From: an uncultured Christensenellaceae bacterium
GTDB taxonomy: Bacteria > Bacillota > Clostridia > Christensenellales > Borkfalkiaceae
DNA length: 64,000 nt
Direction: 5' to 3'
NCBI GenBank assembly: GCA_910588615.1
Contig: CAJUOI010000003.1
Coordinates: forward strand, 15,057-79,056
Shown: piece by piece, positions 38,284-50,514 of the stretch
How positions within the stretch are numbered: the first letter of the stretch is position 1
Layout: each line of letters opens with the position of its first letter
Made by a program: the position numbers and the translations under genes
The notes under the pieces: model-generated
Seen by the model: only the letters and a program-made list of their open reading frames with translations
Told to the model about the DNA's origin: nothing
Database searches by the model: none

Positions 38284-40362
38284 TTACTTCACGCTGTACA
38301 TCAATTCGGTATAACCGGGGAAGGGCCAATAGTCCTCGGCACACAGCTTTTCCATGCCGTCGGCAAGGCGGCGCACCTCCTCCATATCGGGCACCACGAC
38401 GTGCGCCATTTTCTGCGAAGCCGCCTTTTCGCCCGCAGGCATTTCGGAAAGATCTTTTTCCAACTTCTTCACCGCGTCGAGCATCGCGTCGTTCATGCAG
38501 GCAAGCCGTTCGGCAAGCGCGTAGTCGTTTCCGCAGGCGATTTTATCGCTGACTGCGCGCTTTGCGGCAATCGCCGAGCAGAGCTCGGTAACGTATGCGT
38601 TGACGGCGGGATAAATCTGACGGCGCGCCATTTCCGCCATAGTGAGCGCCTCTACGTTGATCGTCTTGGTATAATTTTCCAGCTGAATGTTCGCGCGGGC
38701 AATCACTTCCTTTTCGGTATACACACCCTGCCCGACGAACACCGCGATATTCTCTTCCTTGAAAAATTCGAGCGCGGCATCCGCCGTGTTCTTATTGTTT
38801 AACAGTCCCCTCTTTTCCGCCTCCGGCTCCCAATCGGGACCGTAACCGTTGTAATTGAAGATGACCCTGTAATGCTCCTTCAACAGTTTTACGATATACG
38901 CGCGACATGATTTTTCAAAGTCCTCCGCGCCCGAAAGCGCCTCTACCGCCTCCGCAAACACCTGCGCCGCAATCGTGTTGAGCACGATGTTGGGATCGGC
39001 GACGGAAGCCTGCGAGCCGAGCATACGGAACTCGAACTTGTTACCCGTGAACGCAAAGGGCGAAGTTCTGTTTCTGTCGGTAGTATCAATGGGAAAAATG
39101 GGAGATTCGGGCACGCCGATCGAGCCGGGGATCGCCTTTTTGGGCACGTAACGTTTGCCCATAACGAGGCTGTCTACGATAGCGCCAAGCTGGTCGCCGA
39201 GGTACACCGAAATAATTGCGGGCGGCGCTTCGTTTGCGCCCAGACGGTGATCGTTCCCCGCAGAGGCGACGCAGGCGCGCAAAATACCCTGATATTTATC
39301 CGCCGCCGCGATGACGCAGGAGAGGATCAGCATAAACAGCGTGTTATTTTCGGGATTCTCCCCCGGTTCGAGCAGATTCAGCCCCGTGTCCGTGGAAAGC
39401 GACCAATTGTTGTGCTTGCCCGAACCGTTGACGCCTTCGAAAGGCTTTTCGTGCAGAAGACAGACGAGCCCGTGCTTCTTCGCCACCTTCCTCATCAGTT
39501 CCATCGTCAGCTGGTTGTCGTCCACCGCGACGTTCGTCGTCGTGAACACGGGCGCGAGCTCGTGCTGCGCGGGCGCAACCTCGTTGTGCTTGGTCTTGGC
39601 AAAAATGCCGTAGCTCCACAGAGTTGCGTCCAAATCGCGCATATAGTCAGCAATGCGCGTCTTTAACGTGCCGAAGTAATGATCCTCCAGCTCCTGCCCG
39701 CGCGTCGGGGGTGCGCCAAACAGCGTTCTGCCCGTTAAAATCAGATCCTTCCGTTGAAGATATACTTCTTCGTCGATCAAGAAATATTCCTGTTCCGGTC
39801 CGACCGTCGTAGAGACCTTACGGCATTCGATGCCGAATAATTTTAAAAGCCGTTTCGTCTGCGTGTCGAGCGCCGTCATCGACTTTAACAGGGGCGCTTT
39901 TTTATCGAGCGTTTCGCCCGTGTACGATACGAACACCGTGGGAATGTACAGCGTGCCCTCTTTCACGAATGCGGGCGAGGTGGGATCCCATGCGGTGTAG
40001 CCGCGCGCCGCGCTCGTCGCGCGCGTTCCGCCCGAGGGAAAGCTCGAAGCGTCGGGCTCGCCGACGATCAGGCTCTTTCCCGTCAGCTGCAAAATGACTT
40101 TGTCGCCGCAAGGTTCGATAAAGCTGTCGTGTTTTTCCGCCGTCAGGTTGGTAAGCGGCTGAAACCAGTGCGTATAGTGCGTCGCGCCCTTTTTTACCGC
40201 CCAATCCTTCATGGCGTTGGCAACGGCGGAGGCAATCGACGAATCGAGCGGATACCCCTCGTCGATCGTTCTGCGAAGCGATTTGTAAACCTCTTTGGGA
40301 AGCGAATTTTTCATCACTTCGTCGTTGAACACATTGCAACCGAACGTTTCGGTAACATTCAT
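38284..40362 (-). CDS. glnN: Glutamine synthetase, type III
   Basis: About 692 aa. The N-terminus MNVTETFGCNVFNDEVMKNSLPKEVYKSL is typical of GSIII. ATG 40362 has a GGAG-containing RBS and lies downstream of a consensus promoter. Confidence 0.9.
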   Translation of the reverse strand: MNVTETFGCNVFNDEVMKNSLPKEVYKSLRRTIDEGYPLDSSIASAVANAMKDWAVKKGATHYTHWFQPLTNLTAEKHDSFIEPCGDKVILQLTGKSLIVGEPDASSFPSGGTRATSAARGYTAWDPTSPAFVKEGTLYIPTVFVSYTGETLDKKAPLLKSMTALDTQTKRLLKLFGIECRKVSTTVGPEQEYFLIDEEVYLQRKDLILTGRTLFGAPPTRGQELEDHYFGTLKTRIADYMRDLDATLWSYGIFAKTKHNEVAPAQHELAPVFTTTNVAVDDNQLTMELMRKVAKKHGLVCLLHEKPFEGVNGSGKHNNWSLSTDTGLNLLEPGENPENNTLFMLILSCVIAAADKYQGILRACVASAGNDHRLGANEAPPAIISVYLGDQLGAIVDSLVMGKRYVPKKAIPGSIGVPESPIFPIDTTDRNRTSPFAFTGNKFEFRMLGSQASVADPNIVLNTIAAQVFAEAVEALSGAEDFEKSCRAYIVKLLKEHYRVIFNYNGYGPDWEPEAEKRGLLNNKNTADAALEFFKEENIAVFVGQGVYTEKEVIARANIQLENYTKTINVEALTMAEMARRQIYPAVNAYVTELCSAIAAKRAVSDKIACGNDYALAERLACMNDAMLDAVKKLEKDLSEMPAGEKAASQKMAHVVVPDMEEVRRLADGMEKLCAEDYWPFPGYTELMYSVK

Positions 40363-40389
40363 CTCTCTTTCTCCTTTGATTCTTCCCAT

Positions 40390-40418
40390 ATTATATGAAA
40401 TTTTCACTTTCAAGTCAA
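40390..40418 (-). promoter_or_regulatory. Sigma-70-type promoter of glnN
   Basis: The minus strand reads TTGACT, a 17-nt spacer, then TATAAT. Confidence 0.55.
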
Positions 40419-40431
40419 TCGTTTGCGCCTG

Positions 40432-40458
40432 AAAAAAGGACGCGGATTTCTCCGCGTC
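40432..40458 (-). terminator. Terminator of gdhA
   Basis: 8-bp stem GACGCGGA/TCCGCGTC, followed on the minus strand by TTTTTT. Confidence 0.75.
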
Positions 40459-40473
40459 GTTTTTCACCGGTCC

Positions 40474-41832
<1,359 letters not shown>

Positions 41833-42111
41833 TTATGCGCCGAACTGAGATATATTATATCACATTTTTATGCTCTTTGCGCGATTTTTTCGCAAGTTTT
41901 TTTTATCTTTGCAATCAGAATCAGTTATATCAGGTATAAGTAAAACTTATTATTCCGCGCTTTCCATAAGCTGAAATTATTTTTTATTGATACGATATTG
42001 AATTTCTTCCGTTTTTATCGGTTTTGTTATAAGTTGCGCTTATATAAAAAATCTTTGTTCGAAGCCCTCCCTTTCGCAAACGAAAGGGAGGGTAAAAAAA
42101 TGCGGTTCACT

Positions 42112-42786
42112 CTAAAATCCGCTCTTTTTACGCACCGAAAAGCCGCGGCGGCGCACTTCGATCAGATGATATTCCTGCTCGCGCTCGAAATCGTACATGC
42201 AGGGGCTTTGCGGCGAGGCAAACCGCAACTTTCCAGAAATGTCCGCCGCCGACGCGTAGCCGTACGCGCACAGACAAACGGGTACGCCGTAGAGATAGGC
42301 GTGCGCCCGAATCAGCGTCTGTTCGAGCCCCTCGTTCAGTTCCTCGAACACGCAAAGCGCAACCTCCGCGCCACAGACCGAAAGCGTTTCGAACACCTGC
42401 GGAAAATAAAAGTCCTCGGCGACCACAACGCCGAGCTTTCCCGCCCGCGTTTCGTAAATTTTTATGCCGGCGCCCGCGCGGTATTCCGATTCGTCGATGC
42501 GGTTCACCATATCGGAAACGCCGAGAATACGCCCGCGCTCCGCCACGACCACGGACTTGCGCCTGACGCCGCGCGCATCGGAATAGCACCCGCTGACGAC
42601 CACGTTCTGCCGCTCTTTGGAAAGCAGCGCCACGTCCTCGAAGAGGCTGGTTTCCCCCTTCAGTTCCCGCTCGTAACTGACCTGCCCGAGCGCGGAAAAT
42701 GGAAAGAGCAGAACGTCCGCCCCCGCACCCTCGTTCCGTTCGGAAAATTCGTTTAAACCGCCCGCCGTTACAAAACAAATCCGCAT
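42112..42786 (-). CDS. Carbon-nitrogen hydrolase-fold protein, apparently lacking the Glu-Lys-Cys triad
   Basis: 224 aa. ADVLLFPFSAL replaces the ..fPE motif and GVVVAEDFYFPQ replaces ..ICyDlrFPE, judged by eye. Confidence 0.5.
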   Translation of the reverse strand: MRICFVTAGGLNEFSERNEGAGADVLLFPFSALGQVSYERELKGETSLFEDVALLSKERQNVVVSGCYSDARGVRRKSVVVAERGRILGVSDMVNRIDESEYRAGAGIKIYETRAGKLGVVVAEDFYFPQVFETLSVCGAEVALCVFEELNEGLEQTLIRAHAYLYGVPVCLCAYGYASAADISGKLRFASPQSPCMYDFEREQEYHLIEVRRRGFSVRKKSGF

Positions 42787-43037
42787 ATCGTCTCCCCGAC
42801 TATTATATAGGATTTTTATAAATTTGGTGCATCCGCTCGATTGCTCTTTTTAAGTAAAATCGACAAACCCCTTGCGGAATTTATCAATTTTCGGTGGACG
42901 ACAATGTGTGCCGTAAGAACCGTTTCAAAGGCAAAATCACGTAGACTCAAAAACCGCAAAAAATAGTCGCTCGGCACAAAGAAAAAAAGACTGACAAGAT
43001 AGTTAGTCTTATCAGCCATTCTAGGATAAATTGAAAT

Positions 43038-43493
43038 TTATCTTACTTGTTTTTCCATTACATAATTAGTCAAGGCAATTCTGTTTCTTACAACTTGATG
43101 CTCTTTGACAACCTTAAAACCTCTTTGCTCAAAAAAAGGTTTAGCCGTTATAGATGCGTGAGTAATTATTTTATTTACTTTTACCGCTTGTTCCAATTTG
43201 TCGCAGATTATCGTTGCAACACCTCGACGCTGGTAATCTTTATGCACATATAGCCTATCAAGATAACCCGAATTGTCAATATCGCCAAAACCGACTATAA
43301 TATTATTTTCAACTGCAACAACAGTAAAATGTTCGGAAAGAGATTTGTTCCACACCTCTAAATCTATTTTGTCAGTAGCCCAAACTTTTAACTGTTCTTG
43401 CGAATAATCTTTGGCATTTATAGTATGAACTGTATGATAAAACAGTTTAACTAAATCCTCGCAGTCTGTCGGCTTATATTCTCTGATAATCAT
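43038..43493 (-). CDS. GNAT-family N-acetyltransferase
   Basis: 151 aa with the acetyl-CoA motif YQRRGVATIICDKLE. AT-rich. Confidence 0.85.
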   Translation of the reverse strand: MIIREYKPTDCEDLVKLFYHTVHTINAKDYSQEQLKVWATDKIDLEVWNKSLSEHFTVVAVENNIIVGFGDIDNSGYLDRLYVHKDYQRRGVATIICDKLEQAVKVNKIITHASITAKPFFEQRGFKVVKEHQVVRNRIALTNYVMEKQVR

Positions 43494-43666
43494 TCAGTCC
43501 TCTAAATTACTGATTATCGTACAATTATTATAGCAAAAACAAAATATTCAATCAAGCAAACCGTAAGGCACTCCGAGACTTCTTTCAAATAACAAAAAAT
43601 GACCGACAAAATAGCGGTTCTTATCAGTCATCTAATGGTGGGGCGGTAGTAACCTAAAACGAATAT

Positions 43667-44131
43667 TTATTTAGACTTAACGCGAATATTCAAAAAGTGA
43701 TTGACAATGCTTTCGACTGTACGATATACGCAATACACAATCCAAACTATCCAAGTGTACTGCCATTTTTGTGATATTAAACTAATTACAATATATAATA
43801 AAGCCACAACAATGGCTATAATCCAATTCATAATTTTTTTGTGCTTACGTATTATGACGTTACTTCTATTCAGTGCGCATTTTACGTTTTCTTCCGAAAC
43901 TTTTTTATAATCGCTATCGTTTATCCGTTCGCCGTTTAATATTTCATTTATGCTCACGTCATAAAATTTGCTTAAAATTTGTAGCATTTCAACAGGTGGT
44001 AAATAATTACCGTTTTCCCAGCGTGAAACGGTTTTATTCGTTACACCAATTTGTTCACCCAATTCATCTTGCGTAAGATTTTTTTCTTTCCGCAATTCAG
44101 ACAAAAAGACACCGATTTTTTGTATATCCAT
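43667..44131 (-). CDS. XRE-family HTH protein with a C-terminal transmembrane segment
   Basis: LTQDELGEQIGVTNKTVSRWENG, then WIIAIVVALLYIVISLI and WIVWIVYCVY. AT-rich. Confidence 0.8.
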   Translation of the reverse strand: MDIQKIGVFLSELRKEKNLTQDELGEQIGVTNKTVSRWENGNYLPPVEMLQILSKFYDVSINEILNGERINDSDYKKVSEENVKCALNRSNVIIRKHKKIMNWIIAIVVALLYIVISLISQKWQYTWIVWIVYCVYRTVESIVNHFLNIRVKSK

Positions 44132-44320
44132 AATGAATACCTCCCTATGTCCGTTATCATTATTATATCATACAAATATGGAAAAGCATTGCCCATAAAC
44201 AGCGAATTTCAAACAAATATCGGATATGTTATAGAATTTGTGGCACTGTGGCGGGTGCCTGAATAATGTATGAACAAGTGCGCCGCGTTCGTCATACGCG
44301 TGCCGCCTGAAAAACGGCAA

Positions 44321-44367
44321 AAGAAAAAACCTAACCCGAACACTTATTTTGTGGTTCGTTTTAGGTT
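44321..44367 (-). terminator. Terminator after tRNA-Ala
   Basis: 14-bp stem (12 paired) AACCTAACCCGAAC/GTTCGTTTTAGGTT, followed on the minus strand by TTTTTTCTTTT. Confidence 0.6.
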
Positions 44368-44372
44368 TGGAC

Positions 44373-44448
44373 TGGTGGAGCTAACCGGGTTCGAACCGGT
44401 GGCCTCTTGAATGCCATTCAAGCGCGCTACCAACTGCGCCATAACCCC
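44373..44448 (-). tRNA. tRNA-Ala (anticodon GGC)
   Basis: Minus strand reads GGGGTTATGGCGCAGTTGGTAGCGCGCTTGAATGGCATTCAAGAGGCCACCGGTTCGAACCCGGTTAGCTCCACCA. It has the G3:U70 identity pair, anticodon loop ATGGCAT, discriminator A73 and an encoded CCA. Confidence 0.9.
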
Positions 44449-44590
44449 GAATTCAGTTTTATTACCACCTCTTACGTTCTCAATAGCATTCACGAAATCG
44501 GGAATCTTCTTCCCGATTTCGAATGCAATTTTGCGATTCAGGCGCAAAAGCGTCGCTTTACGGCTTGCACAAGCGCGCTAATGTTTCATT

Positions 44591-45754
44591 TTATTTCTTA
44601 TGATTATACGGATTTACGCCGTAGAGCGCGCTCATGTTGTCTGCGTATTTCTTTGCTTTGTCGTAGTTCTTTACGTCGAAATTTTTAAGAGCCTCTTCCA
44701 TCAGCTTCTTTTCGTGTTTTACTTTCATGGGCACTTCCACGAGAACACGAATAAACAGACTTCCCGCACCCGTCTTGGTCTTAATACCCTTGCCGCGTAC
44801 CGTGAATACCGTGCCGGACTGCGTACCTTCGGGAATGGGATACTCGAACGCGTTGTCCAAATCGGGTACCTTCACCGTTCCGCCGAGTGCCGCCGTCATG
44901 TAAGGAATGGGCAGATCGACGTATAAGTCCATATTCTTGCGCGTAAAAATTTTATGCGGCTCGATTTTAAACGCGATAATCAGATCGCCGGGCTGTCCGC
45001 CGAGGGTAGACGCCTTCCCAAAGCCCTTCTTCTTCATGTAAGAGCTGTTATCCACGCCCGCGGGAATGGTAACGGAAATCTTTGTTTCCTTGCGCGCGTA
45101 ACCCTTGCCCTTGCAGTCGGGGCACTTGTCGGTAACCACTTTGCCCTTGCCGTTACATTCGGGACAGATCCCCATGCGCACCGTTCTGCCGAACATGGTG
45201 TCCTGCGTAACGCGGATCTGACCCTTTCCGCCGCACTTTAAGCACATTCTCATCGCCGTGCCGAACTTTGCGCCCGTTCCGCGGCACGCCGCGCACGGCT
45301 CGTTGCGGGTATAAGTAAACTCTTTCGTGCAGCCCTTTGCGGCATCCATAAACGAAAGCGTCATTTCCGTCTGGATATCTTCGCCCGTGGTAGCCGCCTG
45401 CTGTGCTCCCGCCGCCCCCGCGCCGCCCGCAGCGGCATTGGAGAAGCCCTGAAACATACTTTCGAAAATATCGCTGAAACCGCCGAAGCCGCCTGCGCCG
45501 CCCATATTGCCCATATTGGGCATTCCTTTGGGACGGTTGAGCTCGAAATCATACGCCGCGCGCTTTTGCTTATCGGACAGGATTTCGTTTGCCTCGTTAA
45601 TCTCCTTAAACTTTTCAGCCGCAACCGCGTCGCCGGGATGAAGGTCGGGGTGATACTGTTTTACGAGCTTTTTATACGCCGCCTTGATTTCCTCTTCGCC
45701 GGCGTCGTTTTTCAGCCCGAGAATTTCGTAGTAATTTTTCTTCGTGTCTGCCAT
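44591..45754 (-). CDS. dnaJ: Co-chaperone DnaJ
   Basis: J-domain with YHPD, a G/F-rich linker, and four CxxCxGxG zinc motifs. Confidence 0.95.
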   Translation of the reverse strand: MADTKKNYYEILGLKNDAGEEEIKAAYKKLVKQYHPDLHPGDAVAAEKFKEINEANEILSDKQKRAAYDFELNRPKGMPNMGNMGGAGGFGGFSDIFESMFQGFSNAAAGGAGAAGAQQAATTGEDIQTEMTLSFMDAAKGCTKEFTYTRNEPCAACRGTGAKFGTAMRMCLKCGGKGQIRVTQDTMFGRTVRMGICPECNGKGKVVTDKCPDCKGKGYARKETKISVTIPAGVDNSSYMKKKGFGKASTLGGQPGDLIIAFKIEPHKIFTRKNMDLYVDLPIPYMTAALGGTVKVPDLDNAFEYPIPEGTQSGTVFTVRGKGIKTKTGAGSLFIRVLVEVPMKVKHEKKLMEEALKNFDVKNYDKAKKYADNMSALYGVNPYNHKK

Positions 45755-45857
45755 AAATAAATCCTTTTCTTCGTCCCTGAACGCAACTTATTTTTCCCGA
45801 ATTCAACGCCGACGACCCCGTTGAGGGGTCGCCGAAACGTCGTTTCAGATTACTCGA

Positions 45858-47672
<1,815 letters not shown>

Positions 47673-47682
47673 TCACCCGAAT

Positions 47683-48705
47683 TTATTTTGTAACTACCAC
47701 CTGCGCGTAACGCAGGATTTTCCCGTTTTGTTCATACCCCTTCTGATACACTTCCTTCACGATCCCGCTCGCCTCGCCCGCCTTGCACTCGACTGCGGCA
47801 ATCGCCTCGCTGTCTTTCGGGTCGAATTCCTGCCCGATGGGGTTGATTTCCGCGATGTTTTCATCGCTGAGCAATTTATGAAACGCGTTGAGCACCATCT
47901 CCACGCCCTTGCGGGTATTGGCGTCGGCGCAGCTTTGCAGCGCGCGTTCGAGATTATCGCCGATCGGGAACAGCTTCTTCACCACGTCCGCCCTGCCATC
48001 GGCATAAGACTGCGATTTCGTGTTCTGCGTGCGCCTGCGGTAGTTGTCGTACTCCGCCGTAACCGCGATCCACTTGCGCTTGTACTCTTCCGCCTCCGCC
48101 GCAGACGCCCCGCCCGACGTTTTGCCCGCTGCCGTGCCCGCGCCCGAAGACGCCGCACTCGGTTTGGATTCGCTCTGGGACGAGCTCGCTTTCGCAGGCG
48201 TTTTCCCTGCGCCCGATGCTTTGGAAGCGGCGCCGTCTGCGGGCTTCGCCGTCTTGGTTTCCGTAACGGGCTCCTCTTTCGGCTCTTCCTTTACCGATTC
48301 TTTTGCAGGCTCTTCCGCCTTCGGCTCCTCTTTTATCGCTTCTTCGGACTCTTCGGGATAATTCCCTTCGGATTGTTCGGTATAGTTCTGCGCAGGCTGT
48401 TCGGGATAGGGCTGCTGTCCGTCGTAATTCTCCGGATACCCTTCGGGATAGCCGTACCCCTCGGGATAACCCTCCGGATAGCCTTCGGGATAACCGTAGC
48501 CTTCGGGGTAAGCATAGCCCTCCGGATAGCCGTACCCCTCGGGATAGCCGTAGCCTTCCGGATAACCGTAGCCTTCCGGATACCCCTGCCCGTCGTAATT
48601 CTCGGGATAGCCCTCGGGATAGCCGTAGCCGTCCCCGTAAGGCGCGCCGTCATAATTTGCTTCGTCCGGCGCGTAGCCGTCTTTTTTCTTCTTGTCGGGC
48701 TTCAT
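47683..48705 (-). CDS. grpE: Nucleotide-exchange factor GrpE with a long low-complexity N-terminal extension
   Basis: The C-terminal ~170 aa is GrpE-like ([25 protein letters not shown]). ATG 48705 follows GAGG. The N-terminal ~170 aa is repeat and low-complexity sequence. Confidence 0.85.
   Translation of the reverse strand: MKPDKKKKDGYAPDEANYDGAPYGDGYGYPEGYPENYDGQGYPEGYGYPEGYGYPEGYGYPEGYAYPEGYGYPEGYPEGYPEGYGYPEGYPENYDGQQPYPEQPAQNYTEQSEGNYPEESEEAIKEEPKAEEPAKESVKEEPKEEPVTETKTAKPADGAASKASGAGKTPAKASSSQSESKPSAASSGAGTAAGKTSGGASAAEAEEYKRKWIAVTAEYDNYRRRTQNTKSQSYADGRADVVKKLFPIGDNLERALQSCADANTRKGVEMVLNAFHKLLSDENIAEINPIGQEFDPKDSEAIAAVECKAGEASGIVKEVYQKGYEQNGKILRYAQVVVTK
48415..48640 (-). repeat. Tandem 12/15-nt coding repeats, (G)YPEGY units
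   Basis: The protein reads [72 protein letters not shown]. The DNA shows reiterated CCTTCGGGATA/CCCTCGGGATAGCCGTA units. Confidence 0.85.
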
Positions 48706-48835
48706 CTCGACCTCACTTGCGCTTTTTGCATCTTCAATGCGACAATTTAACACTTTTATATAACAGATTTTGAAGCGGCTTAAACAAAATTCCGCAAAAA
48801 AAGTTTTTCTTTTTTAAAATTTTTTCCCGCAGTAC

Positions 48836-48864
48836 TTTACATTCGGAAGATTTTATATTACAAT
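48836..48864 (+). promoter_or_regulatory. Sigma-70-type promoter of the PRTase-like gene
   Basis: TTTACA, a 17-nt spacer, then TACAAT on the plus strand. Confidence 0.45.
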
Positions 48865-48909
48865 AGTTTCAGACGGTCGCAAATACCCGTCCGTCGGGGG
48901 GAGAGGAAC

Positions 48910-49554
48910 ATGAAATCGGAATCTTACGAACTTATTTCGGCACGCAATAAAACCGTTTCGATGCAAGCCATCGGCGGACATTTCGTAACGCAGCACTCGC
49001 ACGTGAGCCACTGCATCGATTTAACGAAGTTGAAATCGGAAACGACAAGCGCGAAGGGCGCCGCGAAGCTGCTTGCCGCACGCTTTCTGACCGCGCCCGC
49101 AGACACCGTAATCACCTTGGAGCGCACGAAAATGGTAGGCGCGTTCCTCGCGGAAGAACTCGCGTTTTCTGGCATCAACGTCGGCAAGAACTTTGCCGTC
49201 GTAACACCCGAAATCACCGACGATAAAATGTTTCTCAGGGACAACCTGATCCCCTACGTAAAACACCGCCGCGTCATATTACTGAGCGCGACGGCAACAA
49301 CGGGCATTACTTTGAAGAGCGCCCTCGAAGGCATCGTTTACTACGGCGGCGAGCCCGTCGGCGCAGCAGTACTGTTCGGCGGCAATTTCGGCGAAACAGT
49401 GCAGATCGGAAAATTCACCGTACCCGTGGAGCGTCTGTTCTCCGCAGAGGACGTAGACGGCTACGCCTCCTATCCCGCCAATGCCTGTCCCCTCTGCCGC
49501 GCCGGAAAGAAGGTGGACGCGGTCGTCAATTCTTACGGGTATTCGAAGCTTTAA
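48910..49554 (+). CDS. Phosphoribosyltransferase-fold protein with a degenerate PRPP loop
   Basis: 214 aa. RRVILLSATATTGITL resembles the PRTase VLLVDDV.TTG.T loop without the acidic pair. C-terminal CPLC. Confidence 0.5.
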   Translation: MKSESYELISARNKTVSMQAIGGHFVTQHSHVSHCIDLTKLKSETTSAKGAAKLLAARFLTAPADTVITLERTKMVGAFLAEELAFSGINVGKNFAVVTPEITDDKMFLRDNLIPYVKHRRVILLSATATTGITLKSALEGIVYYGGEPVGAAVLFGGNFGETVQIGKFTVPVERLFSAEDVDGYASYPANACPLCRAGKKVDAVVNSYGYSKL

Positions 49555-49683
49555 ATTATTTTCCGCACCGTTCGTTTCGTCCACGTCGCTTTGGGCGAGC
49601 GGTAATTTCTTTGCATATTAAAACAGACCCCGACGGCGTTCGGGGTCTTTTTTTATCGGAATCAATCGAAATTTTCAACCGAT

Positions 49684-50514
49684 TCAATTCAGAAAATCCT
49701 TTCTGTAATTTACGCCGAAGTATTCGGCAAGCTCTTTTAATTGCTCGTCCGTGATGGTATTGACTCTCGGGCGGTTGCAGGCGAGCATATAGATTTGCGC
49801 CGCCTTCTCCACCGTTTCGATAAGCCCGAACGTTTCGTCCAGACTCTTTCCCGCGCCGTAGATTCCGTGCATCGCCCAGATAACGAGGCGGAATTCCGCC
49901 ATTTTCTTTGCCGTCGCCTCGCCGATCCCATTCGTTCCGCAGAGCATCCAAGGCAGAATCCCAACGCCGTCGGGAAACACCACGATACATTCCGTACACA
50001 TTTCCCAAAGGGTATGCGTGAACTTCTTTTCGTCCAGCTCGTGCACGAAATTCATGGCAAGCGTATGCGTCGGGTGCGAGTGCATGACAACTCTGTTTTC
50101 GGGATCCTTTTTAAGCCGCGCCATGTGGCACATGAGGTGTGCGGGAAGCTCGCTCGTCGTTCTCCCCCCGTCTTTATACCCCCACAAGAGTTCCACGCCC
50201 TTGTTGTCGGGCGCGATCCTCACGATTCCGAGATTCGTTTCGGGGCCGTCCTCTACGTTCTTGAAATATTTGCCCGTGCCCGTAACGATAAAAATTTTTC
50301 CCGCAAGAGGCGCGGTATCGAACTCCCCCGCGTTTACTCCCATCAACGGAATGGTACGGATCGCCTTGTCCGGATCCAAGTATTCGGCAACCTCGCGTTC
50401 GTCTAAAAGGTAACTGATATTCCCGCCGTTGCGCTCATCCCAGCCGAGGCGGTACATATTCGCCGCCGTCTTACACAGTTCCCGCACGAAAGGCGCGCTC
50501 ATAATGTCTTTCAT
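49684..50514 (-). CDS. rhaD: Rhamnulose-1-phosphate aldolase
   Basis: Starts at MKDIMSAPF and contains GWDERNGGNIS, FIVTGTGKYFKNV, TSELPAH and VVFPDGVGILPWM. ATG 50514 overlaps the rhaA stop. The upstream part of the track ORF is spurious. Confidence 0.9.
   Translation of the reverse strand: MKDIMSAPFVRELCKTAANMYRLGWDERNGGNISYLLDEREVAEYLDPDKAIRTIPLMGVNAGEFDTAPLAGKIFIVTGTGKYFKNVEDGPETNLGIVRIAPDNKGVELLWGYKDGGRTTSELPAHLMCHMARLKKDPENRVVMHSHPTHTLAMNFVHELDEKKFTHTLWEMCTECIVVFPDGVGILPWMLCGTNGIGEATAKKMAEFRLVIWAMHGIYGAGKSLDETFGLIETVEKAAQIYMLACNRPRVNTITDEQLKELAEYFGVNYRKDFLN

Noticed and set aside
42065-42092. Perfect 12-bp hairpin CCCTCCCTTTCG/CGAAAGGGAGGG after the CN-hydrolase-like gene, considered as a canonical terminator.
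   Set aside because: On the transcribed (minus) strand the T-run precedes the stem rather than following it, and on the plus strand the stem is followed by an A-run. It may still pause or terminate transcription, but it does not fit the canonical intrinsic-terminator pattern.
42790-44370. Idea that the GNAT and XRE genes are integron cassettes with attC sites.
   Set aside because: No integron integrase or attI is present, and the ~40-bp units lack clear R''/R' core sites (RYYYAAC / GTTRRRY). Kept only as a repeat observation.
48706-48909. CIRCE operator / hrcA upstream of grpE.
   Set aside because: I searched by eye for TTAGCACTC-N9-GAGTGCTAA and found nothing. The upstream gene is a divergent PRTase-like ORF. 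The absence is reported inside the GrpE finding.
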